Made by a program: the position numbers and the translations under genes
Virus record (IMG/VR): IMGVR_UViG_3300016464_000173
Coordinates: 1 to 32,116 of that record
Reading direction: 5' to 3' (one strand)
Length of the DNA stretch: 32,116 bases
Source: a virus
Taxonomy: Duplodnaviria > Caudoviricetes
The notes under the pieces: model-generated
Seen by the model: only the letters and a program-made list of their open reading frames with translations
Databases searched by the model: none
Told to the model about the DNA's origin: nothing
Shown here: positions 32,116-32,116 of the stretch, one piece after another
Position numbering within the stretch: the stretch's first letter is position 1
Layout of the letters: each line of letters starts with the position of its first letter

Positions 32116-32116
32116 G

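Noticed and set aside
1-32116. tRNA, integrase/att, IS elements, reverse transcriptase/DGR
   Set aside because: None recognisable by eye; the fibre repeats do not show adenine-specific variation

Overview
This 32.1 kb window is most of the genome of a GC-rich, lambda/HK97-like tailed phage (siphovirus-type), probably of a proteobacterial host. A back-to-back promoter pair at ~5514-5597 drives two arms. The leftward arm encodes a Cro-like HTH, a DCL/HNH-like protein, an AEP-primase/RepA-helicase, an iteron/IHF origin candidate, VRR-NUC, antiterminator Q, a late promoter and a displaced gpZ-like gene. The rightward early arm encodes a small lipoprotein, an SSB-like protein, a PD-(D/E)xK exonuclease, an HTH+sigma70-region-4 protein, DUF3310, an Imm5-like protein and modular small ORFs. 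The minus-strand late operon (32116 to 10881) runs: S74-chaperoned fibre, gpW-like, lambda portal, LtfC-like adaptor, 772-aa fibre, a tripartite domain-protease-capsid fusion, a Maf/CstII-like transferase and SAM methyltransferase, two FII-like paralogues, tail genes with a -1 frameshift, lysis genes, a Zn peptidase and a metallophosphoesterase. No terminase, integrase, CI, tRNA or CRISPR is visible; terminase probably lies off-window. The most notable observations are a candidate virion glycosylation cassette directly behind the capsid gene, a shared 20-aa LxxE-periodic peptide in unrelated virion proteins (candidate fibre-docking code), a sigma-4 protein with altered -35-reading residues, and a CI-less single-repressor switch. 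All family assignments come from motif recognition by eye; no searches were run.
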